This document shows positions 10,535 through 21,939 of a stretch of DNA of 64,000 nucleotides, piece after piece (the first letter of the stretch is position 1; the number at the start of each line of letters is the position of its first letter). The position numbers were made by a program, and so were the translations under genes. The notes under the pieces are model-generated. The model saw nothing but the letters and a program-made list of their open reading frames with translations, searched no databases and was not told the origin of the DNA. The DNA is from an uncultured Nitrososphaerales archaeon (lineage in GTDB: Archaea > Thermoproteota > Nitrososphaeria > Nitrososphaerales > Nitrososphaeraceae): the NCBI GenBank assembly GCA_963713605.1, contig CAVQMO010000003.1, positions 1 through 64,000 on the forward strand, given 5' to 3'.

Positions 10535-11833
10535 ATGACATCAGACCAAGAACTGTCAACTAAGATTGAAAATACGCTAGTTGAATTACTAAGATTTCCG
10601 CTAATGAAGGCTCTCGTCGGAAGACGATCGAGGAGATTTTGCATGGGTTCAGAGATCCCAGATGGTGTGCTCGCTTTCAAGTCTAAGTATAAACCTATGT
10701 CGTTAAGCGAATTAGAACAACTGCTTTTATTATCCACAATGGGCGGGGTTACTGGATGGCATTTTGCCATTATGCGTCACAAGAGATATGCCCCATACCT
10801 ATCTAACTACTGTAACAGTCCATCTGGTCGCACCTTTCCTTCTGCAGCGGGATTTTCTACCTCAGAGATCTTTTTTACAGATGACAATGGCACATATTTC
10901 TTTCCCACACGAGATTTTCATCCCCCGCAAGATATAACAGATGGAAAGGTTGATTTACAGGAATTTCTAACTGCTCATAAATCAAGAATACGAAAAATAT
11001 CTGACAAGAGACTATACACTCCAAAGGAGGAACCATTTATGGAAGGACATAACACCTGGATAGCAAACCATGAAGGGTCTACACTTGTTATTCCAGTGGG
11101 GGATCTAGCACAACACACACTTTCCGCTATCCTTTACTATACCGTGAATCATTTGCCTCTTTTTGATGATATAGCCAAGAAACAGATTCCTGGTATAGAC
11201 AAGTATGACAAAATAGTTGATACTAAGAATCCTATTCCACTAACCTACCTTGAACAGTATAACATCTCTGAATTAACAACAGAACTTTCGACATCTTGTT
11301 ACATAGGCATGTTGTTACTTCAAGCGATGGGTCTGGGTGGATGGTTGTACCATGGCATAGATAGGCATACAGTCTTAGGGGCAACTGGAGACCCCAACGT
11401 ACCAGGATTAGGATTTAGATATGATACTGATGATCGTTGGTCCATACCCAATCCCACAGGATTAACAGGAATCTTTGAGGCCTTCTGTCCTCCTCATTAC
11501 AGGAATATGCGAGAAGCAATCGACGCTCTTATAGAACGAAAGTTTGGTGAAGGCGGCGTATATAACATAGAAACACCTGGAGCGTGGAAGGACAGTGCAA
11601 AAGTAAGAGGCAGTGTTAACCCTATTTCTGAAGAGGTTAAAGATTGTGCAGCCTTACAGGCACAGTATATTTATGATACTTACGGTAAATTTCCAGCCAC
11701 GATTCCCAGTATCTTCTTGTTAACGTATTTGCAGGCACAACACATAGATCTAGATTTTTACGACCATTATTTCAAGGCTGGAGCATATCTATCCACACAT
11801 AAGAATCACATGATAAATTGGCATGGCAAATAA
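10535..11833 (+). CDS. Large nitroreductase-fold (FMN-binding) protein of unknown function
   Basis: RRSRRF, PSAAG and LLLQAMGLGGW resemble nitroreductase superfamily motifs; about twice the usual length. Confidence 0.6.
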   Translation: MTSDQELSTKIENTLVELLRFPLMKALVGRRSRRFCMGSEIPDGVLAFKSKYKPMSLSELEQLLLLSTMGGVTGWHFAIMRHKRYAPYLSNYCNSPSGRTFPSAAGFSTSEIFFTDDNGTYFFPTRDFHPPQDITDGKVDLQEFLTAHKSRIRKISDKRLYTPKEEPFMEGHNTWIANHEGSTLVIPVGDLAQHTLSAILYYTVNHLPLFDDIAKKQIPGIDKYDKIVDTKNPIPLTYLEQYNISELTTELSTSCYIGMLLLQAMGLGGWLYHGIDRHTVLGATGDPNVPGLGFRYDTDDRWSIPNPTGLTGIFEAFCPPHYRNMREAIDALIERKFGEGGVYNIETPGAWKDSAKVRGSVNPISEEVKDCAALQAQYIYDTYGKFPATIPSIFLLTYLQAQHIDLDFYDHYFKAGAYLSTHKNHMINWHGK

Positions 11834-12025
11834 GGCTGTCGATACAGTTCTGGCATTAAGTGCCACGACTACACTAGTTTTTAGGATCTCCACCTATTAC
11901 TATATCAAGTAAATAGGGCAATTATCATTAGGGTGCTTGACAAACAATCATAGAGCATGGAGCGATAACATTACATGTGAATGTCGCTGCCACTCTGTAA
12001 ATCGGCGATAAATAAGTTGTCCGGC

Positions 12026-12130
12026 ACTGACGACCTACTACCATCTGAAGAAGAGATAAATGAATGGACCCGAAAGTCAAGGAAGGAAGGAAGGCATATG
12101 CGGTATAGTAAATTGTTACCACAACAAGCA
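12026..12130 (+). repeat. Direct repeat, copy 2
   Basis: See 10360..10461. Confidence 0.95.
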
Positions 12131-12317
12131 AATCACTCAATGTAAAAAATGCACTAATTATTACTGTTCAGAACATTTTCCCTCGCACCTTGATTTATTA
12201 CCAGATGGCAACCTCGAATATTCTAGTTCAAATGAGGGTCTAGAGCGCTATATGGATGGTGAAATTGATGACTCAAACGATTCAAAGGAGGGTCTAGATG
12301 ATTATTATATGGATTGA
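12060..12317 (+). CDS. AN1/B-box-like Zn-finger protein with acidic tail
   Basis: C-x4-C..CKKC-x4-CSEH-x3-H. Confidence 0.6.
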   Translation: MNGPESQGRKEGICGIVNCYHNKQITQCKKCTNYYCSEHFPSHLDLLPDGNLEYSSSNEGLERYMDGEIDDSNDSKEGLDDYYMD

Positions 12318-12363
12318 CGTTACTAGTTAGTAATGCTTTCAGGATGTCTTTGCAGTATTGGCA

Positions 12364-12561
12364 TTAGCGGTTTTGTTCTTTAGAATCACGCATCTCTTCA
12401 CCTTGCTTAAGTAAACATGCTGGACACCATCTCTCATCAACAAGCCTGCCTTGAGCATCGGGATACTGGACTTTTACGAATGTATGTGTGGGCAGGTTAC
12501 ACGCATCACACTTTATCGTTGCCTTTTCTAATTCTTTATAATCATCAGATGATGACGGCAT
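12364..12561 (-). CDS. Small Zn-ribbon protein
   Basis: CDAC...CPAC. Confidence 0.55.
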   Translation of the reverse strand: MPSSSDDYKELEKATIKCDACNLPTHTFVKVQYPDAQGRLVDERWCPACLLKQGEEMRDSKEQNR

Positions 12562-12871
12562 AACAGACGATGTAACCAGTTACTAGTTAGAATGTATCGT
12601 TTTTTCACGAATGATATCGCTTGTGATATTGTAATTTTATCAGTCTGAAAGTGATTATAGTTAGTGTTTAACACGTATAAGATTAATTATGGTTGATAAT
12701 ATTTGTGAGTGTAGTCAGTGTAATTGTAAACTAAAATTTGACTGTTATGAGAGTGGTTGTTTCTGCTGTAGTACTTCGGTTTGTTATTTGGATTGGTACA
12801 AGGATTAAGTAGGGGGCTAGTCTTATGGTTGGTAGCAGCACATCAATCGAACATGACGTTAACGCTCAAAA

Positions 12872-13215
12872 TTGAAGTTTAAAAAGATAATTGAAGCATG
12901 CATCTACTCTACCGATTTGAAGGCTATGAAGGATTTTTATATGAATCGTTTGGGGCTTGATCTGGTCTCAGAGGAAGAGGGAAGACATGTATTCTTGAAA
13001 GCTGGAAAAAATATGCTTTATTCAATCCTGAAAATACTAGAGTTTCAAAAAATAACATCTTTCCAGCCCATGGTGCTATAACTCCTCCTTCATCTATTCA
13101 TTTTGCTTTAGAAATAGAGCATGTAGACTATGAAGCTGCAAGGAAAATTCTAATACAGAATAAAAAAATTCCTATTGAGAAAGAAATGAGTTGGGACATT
13201 GGAGGTACGACTTCT
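12872..13215 (+). pseudogene. VOC/glyoxalase family gene, frameshifted and truncated
   Basis: DL..MKDFY..LGL, then FNPEN..HG..HFALE in a second frame; the terminal F.DP.GN.xE strand is missing. Confidence 0.7.
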
Positions 13216-13357
13216 GTTCAACGCACTCAGAACAAATTCCAAATGTCAGTTTCTTTGCTATTACAATTTTTAGTGTTATTTCTGCTGAATTTCATTGTTC
13301 CTTAGTCCATATTTTTAATAGCATCAATCTTATTTCTTGTAGCTAATCGCTTTTATT

Positions 13358-14455
13358 TCAGTAACCTGTAAACTCTTCAACTTTGATTATATCTTTTGGA
13401 ATTTCTAATTCTTCTTGAAGCAGACTCTGCATAGCATTTAGCATCCCAGGTGGACCACAAATATAGAATATTGAATTTTTGAGTACCTCAGTGTCTAGGT
13501 ACTTCAAAATCATTGCTTTGTCTATCCTTCCATACTCTCCTTTCCAATTATTTGCGGTAATTTGTGATAATGATGAGGCTTGTCTAGATTGATCTTCTTC
13601 ACTAATAGTATAGATGACCTTCAGGTTTTTATTTATATTTGCCCAATCATCAAACTCTTGTTTGAACAAGATGTTATTACGATTCCTGTTGGAATCAAAC
13701 ATCATTATTTTCACTGGCAGCTGCTTGTCCGTGGCGTACTTTATCATAGTTCTAAATGGAGTAACACCTATGCCTCCAGAAAGAAATACAGCAGGCTTCG
13801 AATAATCCTGATGTAGTACAAATTGTCCCTCAGGACCTCTCACCTTAACTTTTGCCCCCTGCTCCAGAGTTGAAAGTCTCTTTTTATAGGGCGAATCTCT
13901 TATCCTGGTCCTGAACATTATAAAATTCTCAGTTGGAGAAGATGAAATAGTAAAATGTCTGATCGGACCTTTAGGATCATTATAAACTTCGCCTATATCA
14001 AAAAAGGCAAATTGACCTGCAGTATAATCCAATAATGTTTTGTCCTCTTTCTCTTTACTAAACTTAAAAGACATTACATCAGTACCTTCAACTTTGTCTT
14101 TTTCTATTAGGGTTAGCTCAAGTTGGGAAGGTTTATTCCTACCTTGTTTCTTAACTAGAACATTATTTCCATCTACTTTTACTTGATAGGTTGGTTCCGG
14201 CTCACTTGCAGGAGGGCTCGTTACCTCGCCTGTCCTTATATCAAATTTGGAGCCATGCCAAGGACATTCAACATCGTAGCCATCAAGTGTGCCATCGGCT
14301 AGAGGACCACCCTCATGCGTGCAAATACTGCCAATAGCGTAGTATTTTCCTTCAATGTTAACTACACAGATATTTTCACCGTCGACTTGAACCTCTTTCA
14401 TATGTGAAGGTTGAATATCCTTTGTATCGGCAACCTTAACAAAATCTTCACTCAT
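13358..14455 (-). CDS. Rieske [2Fe-2S] ferredoxin fused to FNR-like FAD/NAD(P) oxidoreductase
   Basis: CTH..CPWH; RHFTISS, GGIGVTP, CGPPGM, C-terminal EEF. Confidence 0.92.
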   Translation of the reverse strand: MSEDFVKVADTKDIQPSHMKEVQVDGENICVVNIEGKYYAIGSICTHEGGPLADGTLDGYDVECPWHGSKFDIRTGEVTSPPASEPEPTYQVKVDGNNVLVKKQGRNKPSQLELTLIEKDKVEGTDVMSFKFSKEKEDKTLLDYTAGQFAFFDIGEVYNDPKGPIRHFTISSSPTENFIMFRTRIRDSPYKKRLSTLEQGAKVKVRGPEGQFVLHQDYSKPAVFLSGGIGVTPFRTMIKYATDKQLPVKIMMFDSNRNRNNILFKQEFDDWANINKNLKVIYTISEEDQSRQASSLSQITANNWKGEYGRIDKAMILKYLDTEVLKNSIFYICGPPGMLNAMQSLLQEELEIPKDIIKVEEFTGY

Positions 14456-14596
14456 ATGAATCCCTTTAACTAGGAAGTACAGAGCCTATATGGTTTTCTA
14501 TTTGAAAATGTTTCTATTTGAAAAATTTATATTTTCGAGATAATCATAATTATACGTTTTGAGCAATTATTTCTCGTATAGTATGAAATGGTAGAA

Positions 14597-15866
14597 TTAG
14601 CTTAGTTTGACATCTTTTAGCATACGATTAGTTTTTAATTCTGCTTGCTTAATTGAAGTTTTTACTGTATCTATTGAAAAATCTGCATTCTCATAAAGAG
14701 ATGGAAATAGCTCATCCCGGGATATATAGTAAACTCCCTTAATTTCTGCACCATGTTGTTCTGATATTTTTTTATATCTAGTACGAATTTTTTCTAGCTT
14801 CTCTTTATTTTCTTCTTTTTTTGGAACATCAATCTCACTTTCGATCATATGATACAGCTCATCAATAAATCTAAGAAAATAAGTTATTGTTTTTGACATT
14901 TGTATACTATGCAAAGTTTTATCACTGAACATGATATCTCTGGCCCTGTGTTGAACTTCAAGCAAATGATCTGGTAAAATATCACATTTTTTGGGATAGT
15001 TTTCTACAAGAAAGACACGTTTATCATTAACTGGAGATGCATCTATGACCTCCCTTAATGGAGTATTGCTTAGTAAGCTACCATCCCAAGCATATACTCC
15101 TTTTTCTACTTCCACCCATCTAAAATAGTATGATGGATAACCGGTCGCAGCTAGTATATGCTTTGAAGTTATTTGTTGTTTGGTACTATCAAAAATTAGC
15201 GGTTCTGCAGTCAATACATTAACTGCAGTTATTATCAGACGCGAATTAGGTTTACCGCTGGGTTGCAATTTGTTATAATCAATATACTTTTCAGCTGTCT
15301 TTACTAGAGGTGAGTGGTCATATAGGTATGTCCATTTTGCAGGTGCAAAATACTGTGGATCCGTGAATGCGAATTCAGGCCTCCATCTGGGTACAAAGAC
15401 CTTATCATTTCCATAAAAAGCTGAATTATAAAAAGACATTAGCGATCTAAGTTGTGAAATGTGTATTGTTGCTGGATGGGCTGACGTTGGTGTTGATGCT
15501 GGTGTTACTGAATGAAGTAGTGATGGGGATGGGATTGGTATTGGTGTTGATAGTGGATATCCGGACAACCATTCTATAAAAGGAGTATTTAAGTTTGTAC
15601 TACCCTCAGCTAGTTCCAACCAATATTGTTCTAGTTCCCTTTCAGGATGATCTTCTTTACTGCCTGCGATGATAGGCAGCGTTTAGCCCACCAATTGATG
15701 TACCAGCAATTATGTCGATTTTTATATTGTTCTTTGCAAGTGCTTTATAAACTCCACAGCCAAAGGCACCTAAAGTGCCTCCACCCTGAAGAATTAACAC
15801 ATTCTCGATGATATCAGACATATTCGAATTTCTTACTTCCCCTAAGATGTCATTGCCTGCTATCAC
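14597..15866 (-). CDS. Patatin-like phospholipase (one frameshift, probably a sequencing error)
   Basis: GGGTLGAF, GTSIG, DGS; deleting one base at 15675 beside GCAGC joins the two ORFs. Confidence 0.85.
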
Positions 15867-17272
15867 TCTACATGATGATTGTGAATTAATTGATCATAGA
15901 ACCTAACTGATTTTATGTTAACAAATTCTAGCATACCATATCTTGACAACTCTCTACCAAAGCCACTCTTCTTGACACCTCCAAATGGGACTCTTGGATC
16001 AGAAACTACTACGTTATTGACGGATACTATGCCTGATTCCAGGCTATTTGAGAATCTCTCTGCCTTGTCAAGGTCTTGAGTCCAAATGCTTGCCCCAAGA
16101 CCATACTCAGAATCGTTAGCAAGCTCTATAGCTTCAACTTCATCACCGGCTACAATAATTGGAGCAACGGGTCCAAATACCTCCTCCTGTGCTATAGACA
16201 TTTTTGGATTAACATTCCCGAGAACCGTTGGTTTATAGAAATAACCTTTTTTCCCTATCTGTTCACCTCCTACGAGGACCTCAGCTCCTTCACTAACTGC
16301 CTCCTTAACTTGAGAATCTATTTTCTTTATGGCATTCGCATTTACAAGAGGTCCTATATCTGTATCATCTAATAGAGGATCTCCCAGCCTAAGTCCCTCT
16401 ACTTTTTGAACAAACTTTTCAATAAACTCTTCTGCAATATCTTTGACCACTACAAATCTCTTTGATGCTATGCAGCTCTGTCCACAATTAATAAATCGTC
16501 CCTTTATAGCACCAGCGGATGCTTTTTCGATATCGGCATCTTCACAGACTATAAAAGGATCGCTACCTCCCAACTCAAGCACAGTCTTCTTTACCTGTGA
16601 TGTAGCTCTCTGTGCAACTTTCGCACCTACTGGAACGCTTCCTGTAAATGTTACTGCGTTAACATCTGAATCAATCAGTGATTCAGCAATACTAGAATCA
16701 CCCACTAAAGTTTGAAACACTCCCTCTGGTAAGCCAGCTTTATTGAATGCCTTCTCTATTTCAATTCCACACTGTGTGGTAGCACTAGCTGGTTTCAATA
16801 TGATAGTATTGCCAATCACTAATGAAGGAGATGCAAATCTTAATGCTTGCCAATAAGGAAAATTCCAGGGCATTATGCTTCCTATTACTCCAATAGATTG
16901 AAATTTTATCACAGTTTTCCTAGCATCAGTATGGACAATTTCATCAGTTGAAAGGATCTGTCCATTATCAGCATAATATTCGATCACCCAAGCACATTTT
17001 TCAACTTCAGATCTAGCTTCTTTTATCACCTTTCCCATTTCAGTTGTGGCTGTCCTTGCAAGGTTCTCCTTACCTTTCCTTAGTTCATTAGCAAAATCAT
17101 GAAGGAGATCGGCTCTATTGCTTGCATCTTTTTTCCAATCTTGAAACGCATTTCGTGCTTTCTTTACTTTGTCATTTATCTGCTCTCTCGTCATTATTTC
17201 GTAGCGATTGATAATCTCTTCAGTTGCAGGATTTATTGTCTTTAATTCGGCTGCTGCTCCTTTTTCATTCAA
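15863..17272 (-). CDS. NAD(P)-dependent aldehyde dehydrogenase (SSADH-like)
   Basis: PWNFP, FTGS, LELGGSDP, GQSC, EEVFGP, PFGGVKKSGFGRE. Confidence 0.95.
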   Translation of the reverse strand: MNEKGAAAELKTINPATEEIINRYEIMTREQINDKVKKARNAFQDWKKDASNRADLLHDFANELRKGKENLARTATTEMGKVIKEARSEVEKCAWVIEYYADNGQILSTDEIVHTDARKTVIKFQSIGVIGSIMPWNFPYWQALRFASPSLVIGNTIILKPASATTQCGIEIEKAFNKAGLPEGVFQTLVGDSSIAESLIDSDVNAVTFTGSVPVGAKVAQRATSQVKKTVLELGGSDPFIVCEDADIEKASAGAIKGRFINCGQSCIASKRFVVVKDIAEEFIEKFVQKVEGLRLGDPLLDDTDIGPLVNANAIKKIDSQVKEAVSEGAEVLVGGEQIGKKGYFYKPTVLGNVNPKMSIAQEEVFGPVAPIIVAGDEVEAIELANDSEYGLGASIWTQDLDKAERFSNSLESGIVSVNNVVVSDPRVPFGGVKKSGFGRELSRYGMLEFVNIKSVRFYDQLIHNHHVE

Positions 17273-17571
17273 GGAATTATTACACCTCTACCAAGAATTT
17301 TACCATTTTTTAAGATTGTCAATGCCTCTGTTGACTGATCTAGCTTGAATCGATCTGAAACAACTGGTCTTATTACTCCCCTGTTTGCTAATGATACGAG
17401 CTCAATTAAGTCTGAGATGCTTCCGGTATACGACCCACCTTCGTATAGGTGAATGTCACTATGACAGAAGCCTGCTGCCGATTGGACTTTGATAAGGACT
17501 TGTGAACCTTTTGGTTTTGGGAGCTTAGGACCTAGTGGTTCTATTGGTTTAACAATTCTTGCAGCTTTCAG
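17269..17571 (-). pseudogene. Zn-dependent alcohol dehydrogenase remnant with large in-frame internal deletion
   Basis: LKAARIVKP..VLIKV..GFCHSDIHLYEGG fused directly to SYTGS..DLIELVSLA..GKILGRGVIIP; only 100 codons. Confidence 0.85.
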
Positions 17572-17808
17572 ATCAAATGTACCTCTTTGTAGTCGTCCCA
17601 GAGAGAGGAACTATTTTCCTAGATAATTCCATTATTTATTGAATGAAACCTATGACATAAAGGGATTGCTCTGAAATATCGACAGAAAGCTGGTGAAATT
17701 TCCCTCTAAGTATTATTTTCTAAATGGCATCATAAATTGCCCTGCGAGATATTATATAGCATATCGTAGAAGTAACCAAAGAGGATTGTTATCATTTAAG
17801 AAATTTAG

Positions 17809-18335
17809 ATGAATATGGAATAGTATTGCTGTGCGCATGTTTTACTATCGTAGATATCGTATCAGTATTTAGTAGGCCTGATGCAAATGCCTTGATCAAG
17901 TTTGTGAATGGTACAAAAGCTGTTGAATTTTCAAAGAATGTGGGAAATCTGAGGACAGAAAAAGATAGATACAATCACATATAAGATAAAGATAGTTTGA
18001 TTGGAAACAGCATTGCCATCATTGCAGCAGTATAATGAAAAGAGGGACTGTATATTTCGGTAGTTGTGGCTGAAAGTTTTGCGCGTATCTTTTATAGGAA
18101 TGCCTTTACGATTGGATTACCCGCACTTGAAAAACCAGAAATAGAAGGTAAAATAGATCAAAAAGACGAGCTTAAGGTTGTCATGACTAATTATACTGTA
18201 GAAAATATTAGAACAAAAGAGACTTTGCATGCCAGAAAAGTCCTAGAATTCAAGCAGCAGATGTTGTGGAAGGGGGATTGGTTGAATATTACAAAAAATA
18301 TAAACAATTTCCATGGATTCAAAGATAGAACTTAG
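17809..18335 (+). pseudogene. LeuD/HacB-like dehydratase small-subunit remnant
   Basis: VVAESFARIFYRNAFTIGLP signature; upstream part broken by stops. Confidence 0.75.
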
Positions 18336-18509
18336 AGACTTTGAGTCCCTTCATTATTTGATTGGATTAGGATGCTTTCATGCACCTGGTCTTTCCATCA
18401 TTGGCAGACCGATCTTAGACCTCTTGGCATTGAAGTCAATACCATCTCGTTCCAAGTCCTGACTATGTACAAAAAACAATATAACTCAATCCGTTCAACG
18501 TAAACCGAC

Positions 18510-18981
18510 GTGGATTCATTTTTAACATATGTGCCATTAATTTCTGTTGCAATAGTTACAGGACTCTTCGTTATGGCACTGATGAATTTTTCAACCATAA
18601 GGAAAAATATGCAGATGCAGATTGAGCAACAAATGAAAACTTTGAAAGCGCAAAGTGAGCAGCAGATATATTCTAGAATAATGGACGCTAGACTTAAACT
18701 TGAGAGTACTGAGACATTTACAAAAATGGCGGAGGAGAGTCCAATTTTTGCAGAGCGATTTACCGTGGTAGATAGTCCTGATGAATATTATATCATAGTG
18801 GCGTTTCTTATTTGAATTTTTATTTCGCCTTAACACAAGAGATATGATAGATATTGAAATTTGGTCTCGCTGGAAACGCCTTGCCGAGACGATAATGACA
18901 ATACCGAAATTTAAGAGAGTACGGGAGAAGACGAGAGATGTTCATTCTCATGAGTGCAGAAATTTTATTGATTCACTCTAA
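18510..18981 (+). pseudogene. Membrane-anchored DUF4760-like protein, frameshifted near 18810
   Basis: Second frame FEFLFRL..IWSRW..F....EK..NFIDSL; same architecture as 9226..9696. Confidence 0.55.
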
Positions 18982-19992
18982 CACGTATGTTTGTAGGGTG
19001 AGAAGGAACGAAATGCCCCTGCAACCACACAAGATTTACTATTCATTGGTAACATGCCAAGATGATTAGTTTTACATATGGACACATGCAGTATCTACGA
19101 ATCCTTTGCTTTGTAGTCTTTCTGCTTCTTAGATTTCTTTTGCTTGAAATAGTCTGCTAAGTACATAAGGTATATTTTAAATCCAAACATTGGATACAAT
19201 TCGTATCCCTTACTAATAACCATAGTTTGATTTTGAGTTGTTCGTGCATGAAAATTTACAGTAGGCTATTGAGTAATTGTATTATAATAAGAACTGCGTT
19301 ATGAGAATAGTACTCTTATATAACGAGGAGAATATGAGGCTCTATTCTCAAATCATCGGCTTTTATTTCTACAGCCGATCGAATTGCACTATGCTAGGGG
19401 TAAGACTATTGATGACCAAGTTTGCTTCTATCCTGGTGAGGCAGAAAATACCGATTAAAGGTGAAAATGTAAATGGTCCATATACTCATCTCCTCCCTCA
19501 CATCATCCGCAATAACATCAATTTTCCAATACTAATAGAAAATAGTCTTTGTTCAATAATTTAATTAGAGCCATTTGGTTCAATTGTGGATGGCGATGGC
19601 AAATATTATGATGGGGCAGGTTTTGGGAAAGATCCATTTCAATCTCTTTTGAAAGAGCATAGTAACGATAACCATATTCAGAACAAGTGGTTTCTTAGAG
19701 ACAAAATACTACACCTATTGGACAGAAAGGATAACCAGTCAATAATCGATGAGTATTCTGATACACGAAGTCAGGATATTTCGAGTAACTATTGCTCAAA
19801 TAGCCTGCAATAAAGAATATGCTACAGAAATTAGGAAAAATGCACTTTCTCTTCTTAGTACTCTCAGAGCGATAAATTCATACGGTCTAGGAGAGTGGGC
19901 CCGCTCTCAATTTCCGGAACTTTTAATTAGAAATCATATATTTACAGTTGCTAATTCTTCATATATCGTCTTTCATTCTTTGTATTCATCCA

Positions 19993-20730
19993 TTATATTG
20001 TGCTGAGCTTGGTAGCCCTAGTTTCATGGGGTTTAACTACATCCCAGAACGAGCCTAACAGAATACCCAACATCCCCCAAAATATACCCATCGTTATAGT
20101 AGTTACAATTCTGAAATTCATTAGCAATTCAGAGGATATTGTGATCTCATCGGGATTTGCAGGTAATACTACAAAGGCCAAAGCAATAATCACCGTATAG
20201 ATTGCTGGCACTACGATCATTCTCGATTCATTATGTTTTTGACCTAACTTTCTATAAAGTAACGCAACGCCAAAAGCAGTAAATCCAGAAATGACCAGCA
20301 TGCCGATATACAAACTTTCTCTGAATTCTATAGTTTCAGGGTCTCCAACCGCTGGAGGATTTGCAGGATACTTTAAAGCAGGAATCAAAAATAATACGAA
20401 AAACATAATTCCAGCGAGGATTAGTCCTTTCTTCTTGTTGTTGGATCCTGGAAGAGAGTCCCTAGAGTAGGCATAGACTATTCCAAATAACGCAGATATT
20501 GAAGTACCTAAAATTGTTCCTGCAACAATCTCCCCTCCTTTCTGCCATGAGCGATATTGTACAAGTTCGTCGAGATCTACTGGCTCACCAGATGCCACAG
20601 TATTTTGTACTTCAATCTCAATGGCCTGATCTATATATGGTTCGACCAATAGCTGATTGATTAAACCAAGTATTGTTCCAGCTATCGCTCCAGAAAGCAG
20701 TGTTATTATAATAAAAGCAATGGTTCTCAT
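19993..20730 (-). CDS. cbtA: Cobalt transporter subunit CbtA
   Basis: PALKYPANPPAVG..TI..R, multiple TM segments, directly downstream of cbtB. Confidence 0.9.
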   Translation of the reverse strand: MRTIAFIIITLLSGAIAGTILGLINQLLVEPYIDQAIEIEVQNTVASGEPVDLDELVQYRSWQKGGEIVAGTILGTSISALFGIVYAYSRDSLPGSNNKKKGLILAGIMFFVLFLIPALKYPANPPAVGDPETIEFRESLYIGMLVISGFTAFGVALLYRKLGQKHNESRMIVVPAIYTVIIALAFVVLPANPDEITISSELLMNFRIVTTITMGIFWGMLGILLGSFWDVVKPHETRATKLSTI

Positions 20731-20763
20731 TTTTAATCAATTTAAGGTTAAATATAGGACAGC

Positions 20764-20982
20764 TTAATGACAAGGGAAGCCTGCTGCATGTCTTAAATCG
20801 TGGTAAAATTCATGCATCCATAAATCATCGTATGCCTGTTGCCCTTGAGTTAGGCTAAATAACTGTCCCTGATCATATCCTACAATGAATATGCCAAATA
20901 ATAATATAGCAAGCAATACACCTATTGCAATCTTTGGTAACCCAGATGATTCTTTTGCTATCTGTGTATTGATGGTGGACAT
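20764..20982 (-). CDS. cbtB: Cobalt transporter subunit CbtB
   Basis: One TM segment plus HEFYHDLRHAAGFPCH. Confidence 0.93.
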   Translation of the reverse strand: MSTINTQIAKESSGLPKIAIGVLLAILLFGIFIVGYDQGQLFSLTQGQQAYDDLWMHEFYHDLRHAAGFPCH

Positions 20983-21021
20983 TGAATTAGAATCTAGCGC
21001 TGTAATCTTACATATAAACTA

Positions 21022-21038
21022 TTGTCTGGTTTATCCAA
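21022..21038 (-). promoter_or_regulatory. Operator TTGGAT-N5-AGACAA at the cbtBA promoter
   Basis: 3 nt upstream of TTTATA (21018-21013). Confidence 0.7.
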
Positions 21039-21083
21039 CATGACGCTGATTTAACACAAAAAAATTAAAGTTATAACTCCCAG

Positions 21084-21100
21084 TTGGATAAACCATCCTA
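21084..21100 (+). promoter_or_regulatory. Operator TTGGAT-N5-ATCCTA at the divergent promoter
   Basis: 3 nt upstream of TTTAAA (21104-21109). Confidence 0.7.
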
Positions 21101-21314
21101 TGGTTTAAATATATCACAAAATGTTATTGACGGATCAGTGACTGCGAAATCAAATGACTTTTATGAAATACCTTGAAGTATCAAAACCAAAGAAATCTAA
21201 AAGCTTAGCAATTCCATTTGTAAATAACTCGTTATCACCACATGCTTTTACATCTAAATGTAGTAGATTTCGTATAATTTAGAGAAGACTAGTAATTGTA
21301 ATGCATGTAGGTTA

Positions 21315-21584
21315 ATGAATAATGGTTACAGAGAACTATCTAAGATTGCAAGATATGTCAACTCCGATAAGGATGCATTTGAGTTAATTGCTAAAGCATA
21401 CGGATCTGTGCCTGTATTTTTTCACTTATTACAGGCGCAACGTCTTAAACTCGAAGATTATGCGAAATCATACATAGCTGCAGGCCACTATATACAAGGT
21501 ATATTCTTGTTGTTTATCGCGAAGAGTGCTAAAAAATACAGTACAGGATTCAAAGAAGAGTATGTGAGCATGTTATCTGCATGA
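21315..21584 (+). CDS. Hypothetical protein
   Basis: 89-aa ORF; no motif recognised. Confidence 0.35.
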   Translation: MNNGYRELSKIARYVNSDKDAFELIAKAYGSVPVFFHLLQAQRLKLEDYAKSYIAAGHYIQGIFLLFIAKSAKKYSTGFKEEYVSMLSA

Positions 21585-21585
21585 A

Positions 21586-21876
21586 ATGCTGTACAATATC
21601 AAAGGTGAATACTGCTGCTGCTCTTTGAAGGTTGATATTCCTATGCAATACAAGAATAGGAGTGTTGTAGGTTCAAATCTTTATCTTCATCTTCGGTTTC
21701 TGGTTTACAAATCATGCTATTGGTGTGCATCACTAATCCGAAATAATTATTACCTTTCAAAAATGAACTGTCCTTCTTGCAGTATAGAAAAATTGCATGC
21801 TTTGTCCATAATGCCTGAAAGAGTTTCTAAGTCAGGTGGTGGGATTGTACTATTGAAAGAATTAATGATGCTCTAA
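21586..21876 (+). CDS. Degenerate Zn-ribbon protein
   Basis: SCYWCAS..CPSC. Confidence 0.35.
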   Translation: MLYNIKGEYCCCSLKVDIPMQYKNRSVVGSNLYLHLRFLVYKSCYWCASLIRNNYYLSKMNCPSCSIEKLHALSIMPERVSKSGGGIVLLKELMML

Positions 21877-21939
21877 TATTGCATGAATTGATAGGAAAAT
21901 TCAGTTGTTCTAATCATCAAGTACAAATAATGGAAAAAT

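Noticed and set aside
19277..20006. Three short + strand ORFs
   Set aside because: Possibly a decayed gene, but no motif recognised
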